Below are positions 1 through 13,487 of a stretch of DNA of 49,144 nt, piece by piece. The notes under the pieces were generated by a model that saw only the letters and a program-made list of their open reading frames with translations, was not told the DNA's origin and searched no databases. The stretch is taken from assembly GCA_001929475.1 (NCBI GenBank), contig LXFE01000904.1:1-49144 (forward strand), in the 5' to 3' direction. Positions within the stretch are counted from its first letter, which is position 1. Every line of letters begins with the position of its first letter. Position numbers and translations under genes: made by a program. The stretch comes from Neolecta irregularis DAH-3 (Eukaryota).

Positions 1-73
1 GGAGGGGGAGGGGGGGGAGAGGGGGTCAATTGGTACGGCGCTGAGCTTATATTTTATCAAGTAGATAGGAGTT

Positions 74-148
74 CATACCTAGCCAAAGTCCAAATCCACT
101 AAAGCTAGGTATGTCCACAACATAAAAGTCCAAGTCCACTAAGGCTAG
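74..148. repeat. 24-bp imperfect direct repeat (85-108, 125-148) overlapped by a 10-bp perfect inverted repeat (74-83 / 104-113)
   Basis: AAAGTCCAAATCCACTAAAGCTAG vs AAAGTCCAAGTCCACTAAGGCTAG (2 mismatches); CATACCTAGC ... GCTAGGTATG. Confidence 0.8.
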
Positions 149-284
149 AAATAAACAAAGTCTTCTTCGTTACTTGAGCTATCACACCCAACAGCTACCA
201 CTGAATATTTGTCCTTGCATCAACAAGATATTTGCGACCCTACATCAACACTGTGGCTCATATATGCAAAAGATATAATCCTCT

Positions 285-968
285 ATGCTACTCCTTCAAT
301 CACGCACATTCGCTTTCCGGCAATTTCTCACGAAAACATCCCTTGCGTTCACTACCTCCACCTTTAGAGCCGCCAAGAAAGCTTCCGATCAACACCACGA
401 CTTGGAATCTTACCTCAAATACATCGAGTCGTCATGTTCATCGACGACATCTACCGTATATAACGGAACTGTGTTTGAATATACCGCAAAAGAAGCTCTG
501 GGACGTATAGACCTTAAGCTTCACCGTTCCGGAGGCAGGGGTGATAAGGGTGTTGATTTAAGAGGGCAGTGGCATCTAAAAATTAACGGTAGAACAACAA
601 TGGTACCAACAATTGTACAATGTAAAACCCGCACGAAAAGATCTGGACCTAGAGACATAAGGGAGTTGGAAGGAGCTTTGGCGAATGAAACTGAACATAC
701 GATTGGCATACTCGCGAGCACATCTACATTCACAGATGCTGCCAGACAGCAGTTACTATCTACTACACGTCCAATGTGTTATTGCCTGATTGGCAGATAT
801 TTAGAAGGTGGCGCATTATATCAATTGGCATGGAATGGTTCCGCAGATAGGTTTCTGGCCGAGTATGAAGTGAAAACAAAACATAAAAAAGAAGGACAAA
901 TTGATGGAGAGTACAAGATGTTGAGTGATGTATCTCTGGTGCGCAAATCCACTCGTAAGAAAGATTAG
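285..968 (+). CDS. RRG7: Rrg7-like (DUF2034) mitochondrial protein with Mrr-type PD-(D/E)xK nuclease-like fold
   Basis: Intronless 227 aa ORF; Arg/Ser/Thr-rich presequence-like N-terminus; motifs GTVFEY, GGRGDKGVDLRG, IVQCK, GPRDIRELEGA. Confidence 0.8.
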   Translation: MLLLQSRTFAFRQFLTKTSLAFTTSTFRAAKKASDQHHDLESYLKYIESSCSSTTSTVYNGTVFEYTAKEALGRIDLKLHRSGGRGDKGVDLRGQWHLKINGRTTMVPTIVQCKTRTKRSGPRDIRELEGALANETEHTIGILASTSTFTDAARQQLLSTTRPMCYCLIGRYLEGGALYQLAWNGSADRFLAEYEVKTKHKKEGQIDGEYKMLSDVSLVRKSTRKKD

Positions 969-1038
969 CAGAGATATCTGACACGTAATATAACCTAAAA
1001 AGATCATTACAACTTCCTATTAAAAGATCCTATGATAT

Positions 1039-4000
1039 TCAATGCAGAGAATAATTACTGTTATACAAACCGAATCTATCAAAAGAATATCCAAAGCACA
1101 CCATGTAAAGATGTCCCCACCAAAATCCCAAAACTGATCTAGCCCTGTTATCGTGAGCTCGATGAAGCATTTTTCGTCTGTGTTGATATAGGTGGAAGCC
1201 TGCGCTTCGATTCATGCCCAAAAGCTTGGAGTATAGTGTTGGGTAGACCACGACTTGAGTGTGTATTGATCAATTGAACGACGACAAGCCAGGTAGCAAA
1301 AATATTGACGAGGTAGTGAAGGAAATAAGTGTACATGACGCCATAAAGGGCGGCATAAATCGCAAGTAAGAGGAGAATTACACTTGTAATAATTCGAAAC
1401 CTGATGTTACTTCAATTTGGTGACACAAAAGATACCTATTATCCATTCGAGGTATTATATGGCCACTAACCATGGCTTCGATCATTAGAAGTATTGGTGC
1501 TACCGACAACACATTGTGATGAGATGAAAACGGCGTCAACCACTGGACAGCCAAATTTCGAACCCAGACTACGAGGATTGGAAGATTGATCGGAAGGAGA
1601 AATATCATCAAAATCAAAATGGATTGGGCGTAATTAAAGAAATCTACGCTTTTCTGAGGATAGCCCTATTATTATCAGCCATCCGAACGCGCGAGATACT
1701 TGTACCTGCTCTCTAACTTGTTGAAATGCTTTGACGCAAGTAATTAGTTGAACAAAAGAACCTATGATGTATGCGAACTGAAACGGCACGACGGTAGCAA
1801 CGAGGGCAAGTAATACTGTAGCCGTAATTATTCTTTTCCTAGCATTTTTACTTAGCGGAAACTGAGTCGGTGAGTTAGATCTTCGAAACCATTAGAACCA
1901 ATTAAGAGAGTTGAAACTTGCCTATCACTAATTTTCTGCCATTTTTTAGAATTATACAGTGTCACACTATATAGTAGACTGGCGAGGAAAATCGTCAGGG
2001 AAGTGCAGTAATAAATAATGGCCGAGACTCCAATTGACAGGAGTAAAAAGAGTGGAGCAAGGAACCAGAAAAATGGCTCACGCAGACCGAGCAGAATATC
2101 ATTGCTCATCCAGAGATGATAAAGAATATCGGCAAAACTTTCAGGGGCCGGGGTAATTTCAAATGCAGTTGGCGGAAACTGAGCACCGCTATCTCGGAAT
2201 AAAATCAAAAGGAGAGAACCAAGTGAAGTCCAGGTAAGTAGCTGACGTAGATCTTCGGCGATAACAAGAGCCAACCCTTCTTTAAAGTTCATGAATGGAT
2301 CTATAAATCAGCATATTGAGACAGTGGCGGCATACGGCCAATATCATACGCGTGAAATTGTTTGCGTAAAGTGAGCGATACAATGATAAATGGAAATGCG
2401 ACAAAGGCAACACGATATCGCATGACTAGTTTGCCTATACTTCCAAAAGGATCAAAACGAAGGGAAACAGTTATAGGCGAATGGCAAGTTGGATCGGACC
2501 AAACCTGCAACGAAAGAGCTTTCGTGATATCGTGTTCCTGAATAGGCTCTAGAAATGGAGATCCGCTGTGTATATTGATATCTGCCTCTCCGACGTTTAC
2601 GTGAAACTTGGTTTCATGAGGATCAGAAATGTACTGACGAACAAGAGGAGGGAGGAGCTCATGATTTCCTGTACTAGTGAATATAAAATTAAACGCTCAA
2701 AAAGGCATACCGCACCGACCACCTAAAACTTTCAATTTATATGCCAAAAGACTACTCTTCACTGCTGGAAGACGAATATCATGAGTGATTGCACGACCAT
2801 GTCCCAACGTCATCTCCGCTCCGTTGGAAAGCAAGGCTAGAATATTAGCATGAGCAGAAAGAAGAAACAACAAATCAAAGTCGAATTAATAAAAGTAACA
2901 GCTTTTGCTTTCTCAAAAAATTCCGCAAGGACAAATCGGGATTTCTGCTGCGTTGATCGGTCAATGATGGCGACATATTGGTAAGCGGTCACCATATCAA
3001 GCAGGAAACTGAGATAATTAAAAGGACTTTCAGAATATGGGCTCTTGTGGTCCGTTGTCGAAGCCGGTATGTAGATAACATCAGAAGAAGCATCCTTGCA
3101 TGCAAGTGGGGCAGTATCGTCCTTTGTAGAACCTTTTAATAAGATAGGCAATGGGGACCGAGAACCATCAAAAGGAAGAACAGTACAGAACATGACATGG
3201 ATCCCATTCATATTGCCGCTCTGCACAATGTGCTCATTCGTAAGAAGCTGAAATTCGCCAGTTCCGTGCAATGAGCCAATTGGTGGAACAGGCATCAAAT
3301 GAATCTTCCCGATTGATGAAGTAAAGGGATGTAGAACCAAACGCTGATTTAGGGTAAGAACTTCGTGAGAATATTCTTCGAGACTCAATTCGACTGGGCC
3401 TTTGACTTTTACAGTCAACTCCAAGAGCATCTCTCAAGGAAATACCTGAATGAAGGAATCTTCGTTCGCTGTTCTCTTCCAGACCAGTCAAATACCACCT
3501 TCTAAATATAGACATCCGATCTGCCCGAGGTTTTGTCTGACCCGCACGTCTGACGTCGACGATTTCCAGCAATGAGCTTGCTACTACTTTTCGGAATTGA
3601 TCACACCACATGATAGCTTGGTGGTCCATTCCGGTCCAAACTTTTGGAATGGAGGAAGTAAATACGGTGAATCCATGTGTAGCAGGCACTAGTCGGGATA
3701 CGCTTGCGTGATCGGAACTGACGACCGTATCCAATCCACCTCCGGCAATAGATATTAATGTCACATGCCACAAAGGATTATTATTAGCCCATTTGGCTGC
3801 ATGGGATTTTCTCCAGTATTCGTTTATATGCTGATATATGCGTTGGATTTCCCAGTCAAACGGAGCTGGAGGCAACGAATGGGGTGTCGACATAGTGATA
3901 ATTGTATTTATCGTATTTGCTTGATAGTTTGGCATCGTAAGCAACGCTCGTGCAACAAGTCCCCCCATGGAATGGCCAATAACAATGACTGAACTTGGGT

Positions 4001-4852
4001 CTGGAAGATTGACGTCCCATTCCGACCTCCGAGAATCGTGATACAACAAGAGAATATAAGTTATTGCATCGTTCAAGTACTCTGCTTGGTCAAGTAAGGT
4101 CCTTCCGTGAAAAGCTGAGAAATCTTCCTTAAAGTCGACTGTTTCCCATCAACAAATGTGAGCGAGAATCTCCATACCAGTAAAGAAATCAAGATTGCGG
4201 ACACCACTCTTCAACATGGCGGGTTGGCTTTTATTGAGCTTGGAAAATTGATGCGCTGCTTCAGCGGCAAGAGGCCGGACTTGTTTGTAGCTGCCTGCGT
4301 TCCCCGGAATGAAAAGAACTGGAATACCACGGGGCTAGAATTAAACAAGTACCACAGTAGGCATGTTACCTCTTCGGAAGTATCGATTGATTGTTCACGA
4401 TACAAGTAGAGGGCATATTTGCTAGCAAAACGCGTATGTTCGGTGTCAAAACCCTTGAGGTGGATGTAGGACGGCGACATGTATGACATCCGACAGCCTG
4501 CAGTATCACGTTGATGGCCGGTAAAGGAGTAATTAATGGTGTAGAAGAAGAGCAATGAGATTGCTGCAAATGCAACCACGAGAACAGAATATCGTGCTTG
4601 TTTTGGATTCTGAGCAGAAGTTGATGTATCCGCTTTCTCGTCGTTTGAAAAATCTGGCGTCTCCAGTCCGAACAGCGATATGGAGAATTTTGCCGGTATT
4701 GTTTCAGGCATTCCCTCCCAGACACTTATATCGTGCGAAGCGGAACGTGCTCTTCCGGGATTTTGCCCGATCGTTTTTGCGTGCAAGACCTTTGTGGAAG
4801 ACGAATTGTGTCTGGGGTCATTTCGGTCGAGCGAGATCCTCGGAACGAACAT
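1039..4852 (-). CDS. BST1: GPI inositol-deacylase (PGAP1 family), multi-exon
   Basis: GCRMSYMSPSY, RFASKYALYLYRE, PVLFIPGNAGSYKQVR after splicing, lipase motif IGHSMGG, DHQAIMWCDQ, multi-TM C-terminus. Confidence 0.95.
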
Positions 4853-5477
4853 AGAGTCTGGATGGTATGGGAGCAGGAAGGATATTTTTCAATTGGATTC
4901 TGGAGGAGGGCAAGGTACCATAGTATGCGGGTGGGGGCGGGCAGGGCGCGAGTCAAGTTGTGTGGCGGCCGGCGATTTTGACGCGCGAGGTTAGAAACGC
5001 ACCACCCGTTTTTTGTTTTACATTCTGGAATTACCTTCTTTCACTATGTATGCAGATGAATTTTATAGTATATCTTGCGACACTCTGCAGTTGCATCTTG
5101 TTTGAGTACGACATATAATGACATTGTGGTGCTACACACAAGATTCCAGAGATTACGAGACTTGTAGATTATTTTCAAGCTCGGCAGATTTGTAGCTTCA
5201 CTCTTCACATTCGATATAAACATTCCACTGCTTGCCTGTCGAGGATGGTTCGAGGCGAACAGACCGGACCTAGTGTCAGGTGCGATAACGATTGACTCCA
5301 TGTGATGCTTGGCACCATCACGCTACAACAGCGGGAGCACCAAAAAGGTAAAATGTGAATGGCGTGATTAGGGACACAGCTGATTGGTCTGACTCTGAGA
5401 TCTTAGTTTTTCATCCTGTTCCATCCGATAATCATAAATAATGTCTCTATTTTACATCAAGCACAAGAAAAAGATGC

Positions 5478-7708
5478 TTATATTGTCAGAGGCCCGACCT
5501 GAACATTATCCCGCTGCTCTTGCCGTTGCTGTTCATCGCGTAGTCTCTTCTGCATCTTTTCTATCTTGAGCTGCTCCTTCTCAGCCTGTTTCAATTCTCT
5601 CTCCTGTTGGCGGCTTTTCCGCTTCAATTCTCTCCTAGATTTGGCCATTACACTGTGAAAACCATGCTTCATCTTGGTGATCAAATCCATTGCTTGACCT
5701 TTTGTAAAATTTCTCCCGTTGAACGTTTCGTCTTTAAGTACTTTCCGAAGGAATTCGATCTGGCCTTGGGTCGGTGGTCCTTTGGATCTCCAGGCCGCCC
5801 GGCGTTCAAGCAAAATTCGAGGGCATTCTTTCCTAGCGAACGAATCTGCAGCATGAATTGCCTGCTCCAGAGTTTCTACGTCTTTAAACAGTTGTTTGGG
5901 CGTTCTTTTGATGTGCGGATTCATCCATGGAACCTTTAAAAATGATGGAAGGTCGGCTGTATATGTCCCATAGTAGGTTCCTTACATTAGCATCTAGCCG
6001 TCAAGTCTTGCACCTGTTTTATTGTCCAACTCGACTCGGATAAATCCATGTTTTATGATCTCTAGTATGTACTTAGTTTCGTCAATCACGGTCCATGCAA
6101 AACGACTCATTTGCTGGATATTCATATTTTTGGCGTCGTCGATCAATTCTCTCACTGAAGACCAATCTGTGTAAATAATTCTGACCTGTTCCTGAAGTTC
6201 AATGAGGGTCGAACGAAGGTTGTTTAGGTGGGTTGGTGTAGACCCTTGTTGCTCGTTTTCCTGAGCTCTCTCTTGAACCATTTTCTCCAAATCTTTGAGG
6301 GTTGCATTCTCGACAAGATCAAAAGGATCTAGTCCAAAGAGCGTTGGAACACATACTATTCCCTTGGTTATGCCATCCACCATGTCAATGACATGACAGT
6401 CTGCTTTACTATTGTGCAACCGCATCCCCCGTCCAATCATCTGGATGAGTAGATTTCGAGAATGTGTTGGTCGAGCTAGAATGATGGAATCGATATTGGG
6501 AATATCCGTTCCTTCTGTGAAGATGCCTTATGTCAGCGCTTAAGCATATGATGATGATGTACCGCAATTTACAAGGACTGGGTACTCATGCTTCTTGAAC
6601 GCTTGTACAAGGTCTTGGCGTTCTCGTGGGATTGTATTGTTTGTAATATATCGGGCATCAATCCCATACTGACGAAAAGTATTCGTGAGGTCTTGGACAT
6701 GTTGAATATCAACACAGAATACCAGAGTTGATTTTCTATGTGCTAGAGTTTAAGATTCGTCCCTGAAAGAAGGGTACAGGCTCGGTCCAACCACGCACGA
6801 ACAGTTATTTCGTTGGCTGCAGAGGTATTGACTACTTTTGATAATTCATCTAATTGAAAGTCTCCATGGTATGCTTTTTTAACACCGCTTAAATTCACAC
6901 CAGATTTGACTGACGTGAATTTCACATCTGAAAGCCAACCAGTAAGGATATGCAGTAGGGAGTCTGTACCACTTGTCACCGATCATGTCAAGGTAACTTT
7001 TATGATAAACAACATAATCCATCGCCCGGCCCAGTTTCAATCCATCTAGACGAGAAAGAGTAGCAGAAAAGCCAACGACATAGGTATTTGTATCGGAAGA
7101 TCCAGCTCCAAAATAATCGAGTATTTTCAAATAGGAAGGAGCAGCAGCATGATGAGCTTCATCAATTAAAATCAACTTGATCCTCTTTGGATCAAATTTT
7201 TCCATTCTATTTTTGGAAATAAGTGATTGTACAGACGCAATTGTGATATCCGCAAAACCTGAAGCGAGATGATTACCCATTTCAATTTCGACTGTGCTAT
7301 CAGGGTACATCGATTTACAATGACGAGCAGCTTGCTGAGCCAATTCACTCCGATGGACCAAGATTAATGTCCTAGTTGCGTCTTTTGAGGGTGAGGGAAC
7401 TCGTTGTATCAGACTTGTAAAGATGACCTTTATGTCAAACCCACCAAAACTAAAATCCATACAGTTTTGCCGCTTCCCGTAGCTAAAGAAATGGCTAGGC
7501 GTTTTTTCCCTTCTTCCATATGAGATAGACATGCTTCAATGCATTCTTCTTGATACGGTCTCAACTTGACAGCGGATGTATATTTTCTGACTATCCCTGC
7601 ATAATTTTGCGGCAACCAGGTTATTCGAATGGGGTTCGGATGTGCAAATATGGGGTTGTATACTGCCACTCGTAGGGTCCGCAAACATCTTTTAGAAGGT
7701 GAAAACAT
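5478..7708 (-). CDS. IRC3: Mitochondrial DEAH/DExH-box DNA helicase Irc3, multi-exon
   Basis: [44 protein letters not shown]-terminal [11 protein letters not shown]. Confidence 0.92.
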
Positions 7709-7816
7709 CTCACGATTATTCCAATGGAGTTGAAGTCCATCAAAGAGCTACATGAAATTTAATCTGAAGTTATCCACGTGCACCCCGGATTCAGTCTCTA
7801 CCAGGCCTACCTCATC

Positions 7817-9553
7817 ATGGTTTCAAAAACAGTCAAGGTAGGAAATTTAGTCGGCGCATTGGTCGTCGCTATGTCTTCTGGGGTGACATATGTCGTAGCG
7901 AGTATCGATCCGCCATATGAAACACGGCTAATTACAGCCTATCTAACACCCTTATCCACAAAATTACAGCTTTCAGCAACCCAAATGAATGCAGTAGCTG
8001 CTTGTAACCATATCGTCTTTTGAAAAATTCTCAGTAGATAGCGGGAAGTATTGGTTCAACTATTGCAGGCCCCTTGGTTGGAAAACTGGTCGATCGACGG
8101 GGTCATGTACCGTACATTGAAACCTATTCGCAGTTCTTACACATCTAGTCCCTTAATTCTGGCCAGTATTGCATATTTCGGCTTCTATGGACTACGGAGG
8201 TCCTATCTGGGCGAAGCTAGCGGTGATTATCGATTCTTGATGTTGAATCAATTCTTCATTGGGATCGGCACAAACGCCTCATTCTCTGCTGCTATCAACA
8301 TTTCCGCTGCCACAATCAAGAGTGCAGTATGGGTTCTTGTATATGATATGACACGATGCTGATATTTATAGGCTTCTACAGCTGTACCTCTAACTGGTAT
8401 TGCACAATATTAAATGTCGGATTGACCTTGATCTCCAGCTCTCGGATTATCAGCATTCATATATAGCAGTCTTGCACCTGCAGACCTCGATGATTATTTA
8501 TTGCTGCTTTTTGTTGGCACAGTTTCTTCCTGCCTTTTTGGCTTGGTTTTCTTTACACGAATAAAGAACAAACCCTTTGCAGATCAATATGACGATTATA
8601 TGGGTACTTTGCACCTCTTGCTTTTGTGTTTACACATTTGAAGAAGCCCGATCATCTTCATCGGCCCTTGGAAGAGTAGAATTTTGGGTACTCTTTGTTC
8701 TGATCGGATTTCTCAGTGGCTGTGGGTTAATGTATGTACGTTTCTTAATCTCTTAGAGTCCGAGCTAAATTTGAGATACACAACGTAGGCATTTCCGTAA
8801 TCCCCTCCTGCAAATGACAAAAAGTGACAATAGACCAAATCTCTGATCGAAGATGCGGCTTTGCTCACTCAACTCCAAAGGAGACAAGTCAAAATCATTT
8901 CATTGACAAACTCCTTGTCGAGACTAGTGACAAGTATTGAAAACCCTCTTTGCGATGGCTGACAAAGGCTCGCTTTCGGATTACTTCAAATCCAAATATA
9001 AACTACGTAGGTTGTGGTTCATCTTTTGCTCTGCAATATTATGTTTTATCTCCCAGCTACTCGCATTTAACGCAACTGATATTACGCATTTGTCGGTGAC
9101 AAGTGCGTTCACTGGTCTAGCGTACGGGGCAAGTATCGCTAACTGTCCCCAGCTGACTTTTCAGAGTTTATTCGGAATAAGTCCGATTGTAGTACTAGAA
9201 TCTTTTGGAATGTCTTCATTTTCGCACAATTGGGGTTGGTTGGTGACTCCTTTTCTTGTCGGCGCTGAAATAGCGTAGGATTGGTGCTGCTCCCGGAATA
9301 TTTGCTAATATCTTTAATCTCATATTTGGAAGGTATGAGATAACTTATCACGCCAACGATAACGCTATTCAGGGTTTATGATAGGAATACGGTCGAAGGA
9401 ATATGCAAAGGGAATGTGTGCTTCAAACATGCGTTTGTGGTGACCACGATGTGTAGCTTTTCATGTGCGTGTGTTGCATACATGCTTGCACGTCGAGGAG
9501 TGGAGGAATCGCCGCAAGAAGAGAATATAAAGATGAGGAGACGTCCATCATGA
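7817..9553 (+). CDS. Mch1/nodulin-like MFS transporter, about 11 short exons
   Basis: Hydrophobic exons joined by 36-48 nt introns; FLSGCGLMYIHNVG, SLSRLVT-GSLSD, FSHNWGW, YLIFGRVYDRN...CF. Confidence 0.75.
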
Positions 9554-9639
9554 TGGATCTTTATTACAATTCGTCATGGTGATCAATTACAAGGAGAAAG
9601 GATAGACTTACACCCTTTATAATACCTGTGGGCAAAGCA

Positions 9640-10791
9640 TTAGCCAGGAGGCTCCGCTATCCCGAGTTTTTCTATCATACTGCTTTCACCTGATTTCTCA
9701 GAGATCTTTCTCTTTTTATTATTCCGCGTTTTGTTAGCGTAAGGAGTTCCAACATCCTGATATCCTAGTTCTGCCAGCTTATCCTTTAGTGAATTTATAT
9801 GTACATCCTGGGTATTTTGTATAGACATTTGTTGGTCGAGTCGAGCTCGGAGGTGGGCATCGTTTTCTTGGAGCGTTTCGAGGCGGTCTTTAATCTGATC
9901 GAGTTTTGACTCGAGTTCGGAGACTTTCGACTTATATATATCACAGACGACATCTTTCTCGGCCATTTCTGTTCTCAGTTGTGCATTTTCGAGCTTCAGC
10001 CGCTCGACAAGTTCTTCTGGCGAGTGGAACTGCTGTTCTGCAGAAGAAACCGAATTTCCGGATGGATGAAATTGTTGGAGTGGGGGGGAGTGGGGAGGGG
10101 TGGACGTCGGAGTCTCTCGCGAGGAACTGGCGACCGATTCGTCCTCAAAAGTCTAGAATTGTCAGTAAGCAATACACAGTAGACAAAAGAATACCTTTCG
10201 TTTTGAGAGACCGCTGCTTTTGACACGATTCCGGCTTTTAATGACATCAGTTTTGAGACTATGAGGACGATTGCGACCGTGTAGCTTGAGAAACAACCCG
10301 CAGGCATTGCAGAGGGTTTTTCCGTTCTCGTCTCGTCTCCAGAGAGGAGTTGTCAGAGTATGGCAGTTCCAGCAGACGGGTGGATTTCCGGGACCAGATC
10401 CACTGGCGCCCGGGGTAGCTGTAGGAGGAGGATAGAGCATTCCGGGATGGGGCATTGGGCTGGAGGAATAAGCAGAAGGGAGGTGTATGGCAGGGTGGAT
10501 GTCGATTGGGGCTGAGTGCATGCTTGGAGCAGGATGCTGGTGCATTCCTGAGGAGACATGGTGCATATACTGGAGATGGTGGTGAGGTGGATAGCCATAG
10601 GGAAGGACTGCTACCTGCGGATGTTGCTGGAGATGTTGATGTTGCTGGAGATGTTGATGATGGCGTTGTTGTTGATGTTGTTGTTGTTGCTTATACTCAT
10701 GCTGCTGCTGGTGTTGTTGATGCTGCTGCTGCTGGTGTTGTTGCTGCTCATATTCATGTTGCTGTTGCAAACTGCCATGTGGTATCTGCAT
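9640..10791 (-). CDS. GATA zinc-finger transcription factor, AreB/Asd-4/Dal80 type, with N-terminal Q/H tract and C-terminal coiled coil; intron 10153-10194
   Basis: [50 protein letters not shown]; heptad region [22 protein letters not shown] in exon 2. Confidence 0.9.
10620..10775 (-). repeat. Imperfect CAG/CAA/CAT trinucleotide tract encoding poly-Q/H
   Basis: (GCT/GTT/GAT)n on + strand; translates [34 protein letters not shown]. Confidence 0.9.
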
Positions 10792-11131
10792 CTGCAGTTG
10801 GTGTTGAGTTTCCTGAGAAGCATCACTGTCGATTGGCTGAGCAGCAAAGCAGCCCGGACGACTGGCGGTGATAATTTGTGCCAGGGTTGCGAGGGTTGAT
10901 TTCTTGGCGGAGAGGCAAAGCTGGAATAGTCAAAAGAGAGGAGCAATGCGAAAATGCCACTCCACCGTGTTCAATCGTTTATCGATACTTAACGGCGGTG
11001 TCTTACCTGCCCTGCCCCTCTTTATATCAGCTTGGCATATACAAGTATATGCACTGACCACCGTGTACGAGTACTTTTCTCTACTCAAATGCCCATGCAG
11101 TGTATATTTGCTGCCAAGTCTGCTTCTAGCC

Positions 11132-13487
11132 ATGTCAGCCACCACACCATCACCGACCCCTGCGATGGCTCCGACAAATCCTCAGTTTGCCTATGAACGG
11201 CTGGTTCAGGCCGACGATATTGATACTGCCTTTGATAGACTCGATTCTGATAATAACACTGGGCAGCAGCAGGTCCCATCGAAACGCTCCTCCAGATTAC
11301 CATCCCGGGCACGAAGCAATTCGGGCATTGATATCAAAGGTGTGTCTTGTCCGAAAGCAATAGAAATCATTTGACCAGCCAGCCATAAATGCCCGTCTCG
11401 AACACTGGGCAGATGAAATCGCGAGCAAATTTCGTCTCGGTAAATCAAAGGGAAAGTCACAGGCACAGGCCCTATTGCTGGTACGCCATCGCTAATCTCC
11501 TCAGCCCAGTAAAGATGTCTATTACTCCGTTTTCACTGCACCAGAAGTGCTTTTCCCCCCCTCAGAAACAGTATCTATATTGCCATTTCATACACTCATG
11601 CCTCAGATACTCACCCTGGATCATGGTCCTCCAATGACTCCAGAGGAATTTGAAAAGATTGCGGATTCCGTGCGCTACGCCATTTCTCGTGGTGTACACC
11701 CCCAAATGATTCGTCAAGGCTCGTCTGGGAGTTACTTTGTCCGCGACATCAATGGAACCACAATCGGTATATTCAAACCTAAAAACGAAGAGCCGTACGG
11801 CAAGATGAATCCAAAGTGGACAAAATGGTTGCACCGGACGTTGTTTCCCTGTTTCTTTGGAAGGAGCTGGTACGCCTTTGACTTTAATATATTTTGAATC
11901 CCAGTCTTATCCCAAACTTGAGCTACATATCCGAAGCGGCGGCTTGCGTGATAGATCGACAATTGCAAACCTTCATGGTTCCATATACTGATATCGTCTG
12001 GCTGTCTAGCAAATCATTCCACTACGATTGGTTCGACAGACGCGCATATTATGTCAAAGGGAAGCCTTTATCCCAGAAACTTGGATCCTTTCAGGTCTTC
12101 TTGCAAGGCTTTCGCGACGCAAATTTATTTCTGCGCGACCATCCATGGCCAGATCAGAATACTTCGAATGTTACCGCTGCCGTGCACAAGAAAAAGTCTT
12201 GGGTCAGTACCTGTCGGGCTGGTGATGACGATAGTGACGATGATGACACGGGTTATTCTAGGAAACCCTCAGAATCGGTTCCGCGGTTTACTTGGACCGA
12301 TACTCTGCAGCAAAACTTTCGAGAGGAATTGGAGAAACTCGTCATTCTTGATTATATCATGAGGAATACAGGTATGCTTTGCGGTTTTCACCAGCCAACT
12401 GTTTAGATCGTGGACTCGATAACTGGATGATCAAGATCTGCACACAGACTCAGGATGTGAAGATCGTAACACCTAACCCTCCATCTTCAGCAACAGGCTT
12501 CTACAATGGCTTTCCTGCTGAACCACACGTATATTCATTATCAACAATCTCATTAAATTCTCCTGTATACGGCCAAGGACCATCTATGGCGGCAACTGAA
12601 GGTCCCTCATCTAGCGTGAATACACCTCAACAAGATCAAACACATATTCACATTGGAGCAATCGACAATTCTCTTGCATTTCCTTGGAAACACCCTGACG
12701 AATGGCGTTCATATCCTTATGGTTGGCTCTTCCTCCCTGTCTCTTTAATTGGTCAACCTTTCTCCCAAAAAACTCGATCTCACTTTCTACCTCTTTTAAC
12801 ATCTTCCACGTGGTGGCGACAAACAACAGATCTCCTTCACAGTCTCTTCAGCCAAGATTCAGACTTTCAAGAACGAATGTTTCAAAAACAACTCGCCGTA
12901 TTGAAAGGTCAAGCATGGAACGTTGTGGAAACTCTAAAACAACCTGATCAGGGACCCCTTGAACTCACACGACGAGTCAGAGTTCAAGTATGGGATGATG
13001 AAATGGAAGTTCCCATCACGGTGCCCTTGACGGCTCCAGCAAGCCGCAAACTTCCCATCCATGATGAAATGGACATTGCAACAGCCGCATCTGCCCCCCT
13101 TGTCCGTGAACTCCATCATCTAGGAGAATCCGCTCAAGGAGCACAGTCTCCAGGTTCGGATCTTGGTTCACACCGTGGAGATCCAATGAGTCTATCGGAT
13201 CAATGGGATGATCGACGGTGTGTTAAAACTCATCATGATCGAAAGAGTCTGGATGATAGAAAGTTTGATCCAGCTGTACATACCAGGAGATACTCATTAG
13301 GCACTAGTGGAAGAAAATATTCTTCTACAGAAGAAGACGGTGACCTGGGCTTTTCAGCCACCGAGGGTGTGGAGAGTTCATACAAGAAGGTTATCGTTGA
13401 GCGGTACGTTATCTTTTGGGGCCAGTCGTGACTGCTTCTAGCCTTGAAACTGTCAAAGGGAAGACTCCGGTATTTACCTGGTGTTGA
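11132..13487 (+). CDS. LSB6: Type II phosphatidylinositol 4-kinase, multi-exon
   Basis: IRQGSSGSYF, FKPKNEEPYG, PCFFGRSCLIPN, KLGSFQ, LDYIMRNTDRGLDNW, AIDNSLAFP, ends PVFTWC. Confidence 0.95.

Noticed and set aside
74-165. CRISPR-like repeat-spacer pattern
   Set aside because: Only two imperfect copies with a 16-bp spacer, eukaryotic context, no cas genes
285-968. Restriction endonuclease or defence gene
   Set aside because: The nuclease-like motifs and presequence fit the conserved fungal mitochondrial Rrg7/DUF2034 family
10455-10946. Poly-Leu, poly-Val/Ala and poly-Asn/Ser ORFs
   Set aside because: Antisense or alternative-frame shadows of the poly-Q/H tract in the GATA factor
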